Assembly: GCF_009914755.1 (NCBI RefSeq)
Contig: NC_060941.1
DNA: 64,000 nucleotides
Strand: one strand, 5' to 3'
Source: the human T2T-CHM13v2.0 reference genome, Homo sapiens
Shown here: positions 59,540-64,000 of the stretch, in pieces
How positions within the stretch are numbered: the first letter of the stretch is position 1
Layout of the letters: each line of letters opens with the position of its first letter
Program-made: the position numbers and the translations under genes
The notes under the pieces: model-generated
Told to the model about the DNA's origin: nothing
The model's database searches: none
What the model saw: only the letters and a program-made list of their open reading frames with translations

Positions 59540-59930
59540 CGTATTAGTCTGCTTGGGCTGTCATAACCAAATAATATAGATGGGGTGGCTTACACAAAAG
59601 AAATGCATTTTATCATGCTATTCTAGAGGCTAGAAATTGGGGGTCAGGGTGCCAGCATGTTTGGGTTCTGGTGAGAGCTCCCTCCCTGGCTCACAGAAGG
59701 TCACCTTCTTGCTGTGTCCTCCCATGGCAGAAGGAGAGAGAGAGAAAAAGAGAGACAGAGAGAGAATCTCCTCTTCTTATAAAGCCCCAGCTCCATGAGG
59801 GCCCCACCTTTACGACCTCATTTAAACTTACCTGCCTCTTAAAGACCCTATCTCCAGATATAGTCACATAGAAGGGGAAGGGGAGTTCGGGCTTCAGCAT
59901 ATGAATTTTAGGGGAACACAGTTGAGGCCA
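59540..59930 (-). mobile_element. MLT1A-like MaLR LTR
   Basis: gtattagtctgcttgggctgtcataac...tatgaattttaggggaacaca. Confidence 0.75.
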
Positions 59931-60020
59931 CAACAGCCCTGAATGCTGACTAAGAGGTTGAGGAGAGGGGATGAAGATTTTCTCTCCAGTCTCTGTTTTC
60001 ATTCCATTGGGTTTAACAAC

Positions 60021-60424
60021 TGTATTAGTCTGTTTTTGTTGCTATAAAAGAATACCTGACACCGAGTGATTTATAAAGAAAAGAGATTTTGCTGGCTCAC
60101 AGTTATGCAAGCTATACAGGAAGCATGGTGCCAGCATCTGCTTCTGGTGAGGTCTCTGGAAGCTTCCAGTCATGGTGGAAGGCAAAGGGGTAGCAGATGC
60201 ATCACATGGAGAGAGCAGAAGTGAAGGGGGCGGAGAAGTCAGGCTCCTTTAAACAACCAGCTCTTGGTGAACTCATTACCACTCATTACCGTGGGGAGGG
60301 CACTAAGCCATTCATGAGGGATCACCCCCATGACCCAGACACCTCCCACTAGGCCCCACCTCCAATATTGGAGGTCATATTTTGACATGAGGTTTGGAGG
60401 GAACAAAACACCCAAACCATATCA
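60021..60424 (-). mobile_element. MST-like MaLR LTR
   Basis: tgtattagtctgtt...cacctcccactaggccccacctccaa...aaccatatca. Confidence 0.82.
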
Positions 60425-60865
60425 ACAGCAAAACCTATGGCCGCTTCAAGTTATAGCCACTCCTTCCAGGGAAGAGAATAATCAAATCTTAAGAAAGCCC
60501 TGCACTTACTTCCATATGACTGTTTCCCCAGTAATTGTCCTCACACCTGCGTGTCTTGTTAGGACCAGTGCAGGTGTTAGGACACACCTGCAGTCCTTGT
60601 TAGGACCCTTCAAAGCCCTCTAGAACTAGGTGTGGTGGCTCATGCCTGTAGTCCCAGCTATTTGGGAGGCTGAAGCGGGAGGATCGCTTGAGCCCAGGAG
60701 TTTGAGTCCAGCCTGGGCAAGATAGTGAGACTCTCATTTTAAACAAACAAAAACAAATAAAAAGTCTTCTTGAAGCTCCTGCAATCCAGTGATAGACAAA
60801 GCATCGAGTAACTCCTGTACTCTAGGTTATTTCCATCTCAAATTATGTTGAGCTACATTGGAAAC

Positions 60866-61230
60866 TGATATGGTTTGGCTCTGTGTCCCCACCCAAACCT
60901 CATCTTGTAGCTCCCACAATTCCCATGTGTTGTGGAAGGGACCCAGTGGGAGATGATTGAATCATGGGGGCGGGTGTTTCCTATGCTGTTCTCATGATAG
61001 TAAATGAGTCTCATGAGATCTGATGGTTTTTAAAATGGGAGTTTCCCTGCACAAATGCTCTCTGCCTGCTGCCATCCATGTAAGATGTGCCTTTGCTCCT
61101 CCTTTGCCTTCCACTATGATTGTGAGTCTTCCCCAGCCATGTGGGACTGTAAGTCCATTAAACCTCTTTCTTTTGTAAATTGCCCAGTCTGGGTATGTCT
61201 TTATCAGCAGCATGAGAACAGACTAATACA
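60866..61230 (+). mobile_element. THE1-like MaLR LTR
   Basis: tgatatggtttggctctgtgtccccacccaaa...cagactaataca. Confidence 0.88.
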
Positions 61231-62304
61231 GACACCTAGGTCATTAAGGAGGGGTTTACCCTGCACAGCATGAGATCAGAAAGCCCAGATACCCAGTGTC
61301 CAAAGTGTGGATACAAACACCTTTCCCTGACCAAGTTTCCGCCAAGAATTAGAATGCCAAACAAAATCATCCTCTCCTTATGGAAGTTAAATTCCCAAAG
61401 CAACAAGTTCCAAACACCTGTGTTCCTTCTTTAGCCATTAGAGCCCAAGCTGCCTTTCACTAGAACCAGATTTGGTTTCCATGATAAACCAATTTCAAAT
61501 GTCTCCAGTGTAACACTTCCCCGAAGTTCTAACGAGTCCCTGAGATGGCCCCATGGATTTGTGCTCCTGCTTCATTTGGGACCTTTGAGGACTTCCTTCA
61601 CTTTCTTCTGAGTTCACCTTTGTATGCCAAAGAGTGTTTAAAATGTTTTACCTGCAGTTTTAGGTGTGGTTGAGAGGGCGGTTTTTCAGGATAACTCATC
61701 ATCCTGAAACAGCTGTTACCCCTCCCCAAAATTTATCCTAAGAAAAGCAGCGTCCCCACATAGGCCTTGCCACCCATATCACCTGTAGGAAGGAGACAGA
61801 AAGTAAACATAGAAGAGAGAAAACATTTGTGGTTTCAGTTTGCTAGGATGCAAATACGTCCTGCCAGTTGTCTGGAGTCCATAGATTGTGTGACCTTGAA
61901 CATAAGTAGGAGAATCCTCTTGGGAAAAGGCTGAGGCTTCTCCTGGGCTTCTCCCTCAAACTCTGCAGAACCTGGAACTTTGTTAGTCCTTTGCCACTGT
62001 CATTGGCTCTGCTCAGACTGGACTGACTGATTGATGCAGGGTACAGAGGCCTGGCCTTCTCACCCCAACCCAAGCAGTTCAGAAGGGTTGTCTGATTTTT
62101 TTCAGCATGTCCGTAGGGTAGGCTGAGGTCTCTGTTGACACTGCAGTGCCAGCTTAACTTCTCTTTTTGCTCAGTTCTGCTGCTTTCCTTTCCCTCTCAA
62201 AGCTATTGGTCCAAGAGTGCTCCCTATAAGCCTCTTACATGCTAATCTCCATCTCAGACTCCTGCACTCAAAGGAAGATGGGCAATGTGAAAATAAACCT
62301 ATAG

Positions 62305-62970
<666 letters not shown>

Positions 62971-63194
62971 CATTATATCAACAAATGGTTGAACAATTAA
63001 TTGCTCATTAATATGCCAAAGGATGAGCCTAGAGCCATATCTTCTGCCATATACAAAAATAACTGAAGCTGGATCATAGACCTACATGGAAAACCTAAAA
63101 CTATGAAACTTCTAGAAGAAAACAGGAGAAAATTTTAGTGGCCTTAGGTCAGGAAAAGATTTCTTAGATAAGGTATAAAAAGCATAAACCATAA

Positions 63195-63425
<231 letters not shown>

Positions 63426-63577
63426 TAACAGCCCACGGGAGCTGGGTAATGGCTGCCCCTAGAGAAGGGTCACATGCTCTCCAGTCTGCCACAGGCTCCG
63501 CCATGCCTTATGGTTCTCCCCACCCACTCCCATCACCTACATGGCCCTGTAGCTGGGTGTCTGCAGCCAGAGTTTAG

Positions 63578-63913
<336 letters not shown>

Positions 63914-64000
63914 AAGTACTCACCTTTTCTGTGGCTAATCACAGCACTTGAGAGGGATGGGAAGACAGCCCTATTAGGCTCATCTTATTCACATTTGTAA

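Overview
This is primate (very likely human) genomic DNA, not prokaryotic. It contains the 3' half of MGAT5B (GnT-IX/GnT-Vb, a brain-enriched beta-1,6-N-acetylglucosaminyltransferase) on the + strand. I reconstructed ten coding exons by hand, all with GT-AG boundaries and compatible phases: 6994-7125, 9379-9512, 15429-15559, a 6-nt microexon at 16076-16081, 20784-20939, 23202-23348, 23532-23648, 29189-29263, 30643-30899 and 31453-31651 (stop). They total 1354 nt (1 nt + 450 codons + TGA) and are followed by a ~1.5 kb 3'UTR with AATAAA at 33167. The remaining ~31 kb is intergenic and rich in Alu, L1, L2, MIR, MaLR/ERV LTR and MER DNA-transposon remnants. It includes a CpG-rich element at ~51.7-52.5 kb next to a cluster of ERV1 LTRs. 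Almost all long ORFs in the supplied track are artefacts of repeats or GC-richness. The most interesting observations are: the LQ microexon and its neural-type splicing signals; a stop-free, in-frame 183-nt intron; two frame-preserving candidate Alu exons; an unexplained 47-bp duplication flanking exons E/F; and a composite CpG/POU + LTR10 AP-1 VNTR + tandem-GAS LTR regulatory module. I found no evidence of a wholly new gene system. Repeat subfamily names come from recalled consensus sequences, and repeat boundaries are approximate (about +/-20 nt) unless a TSD is cited.
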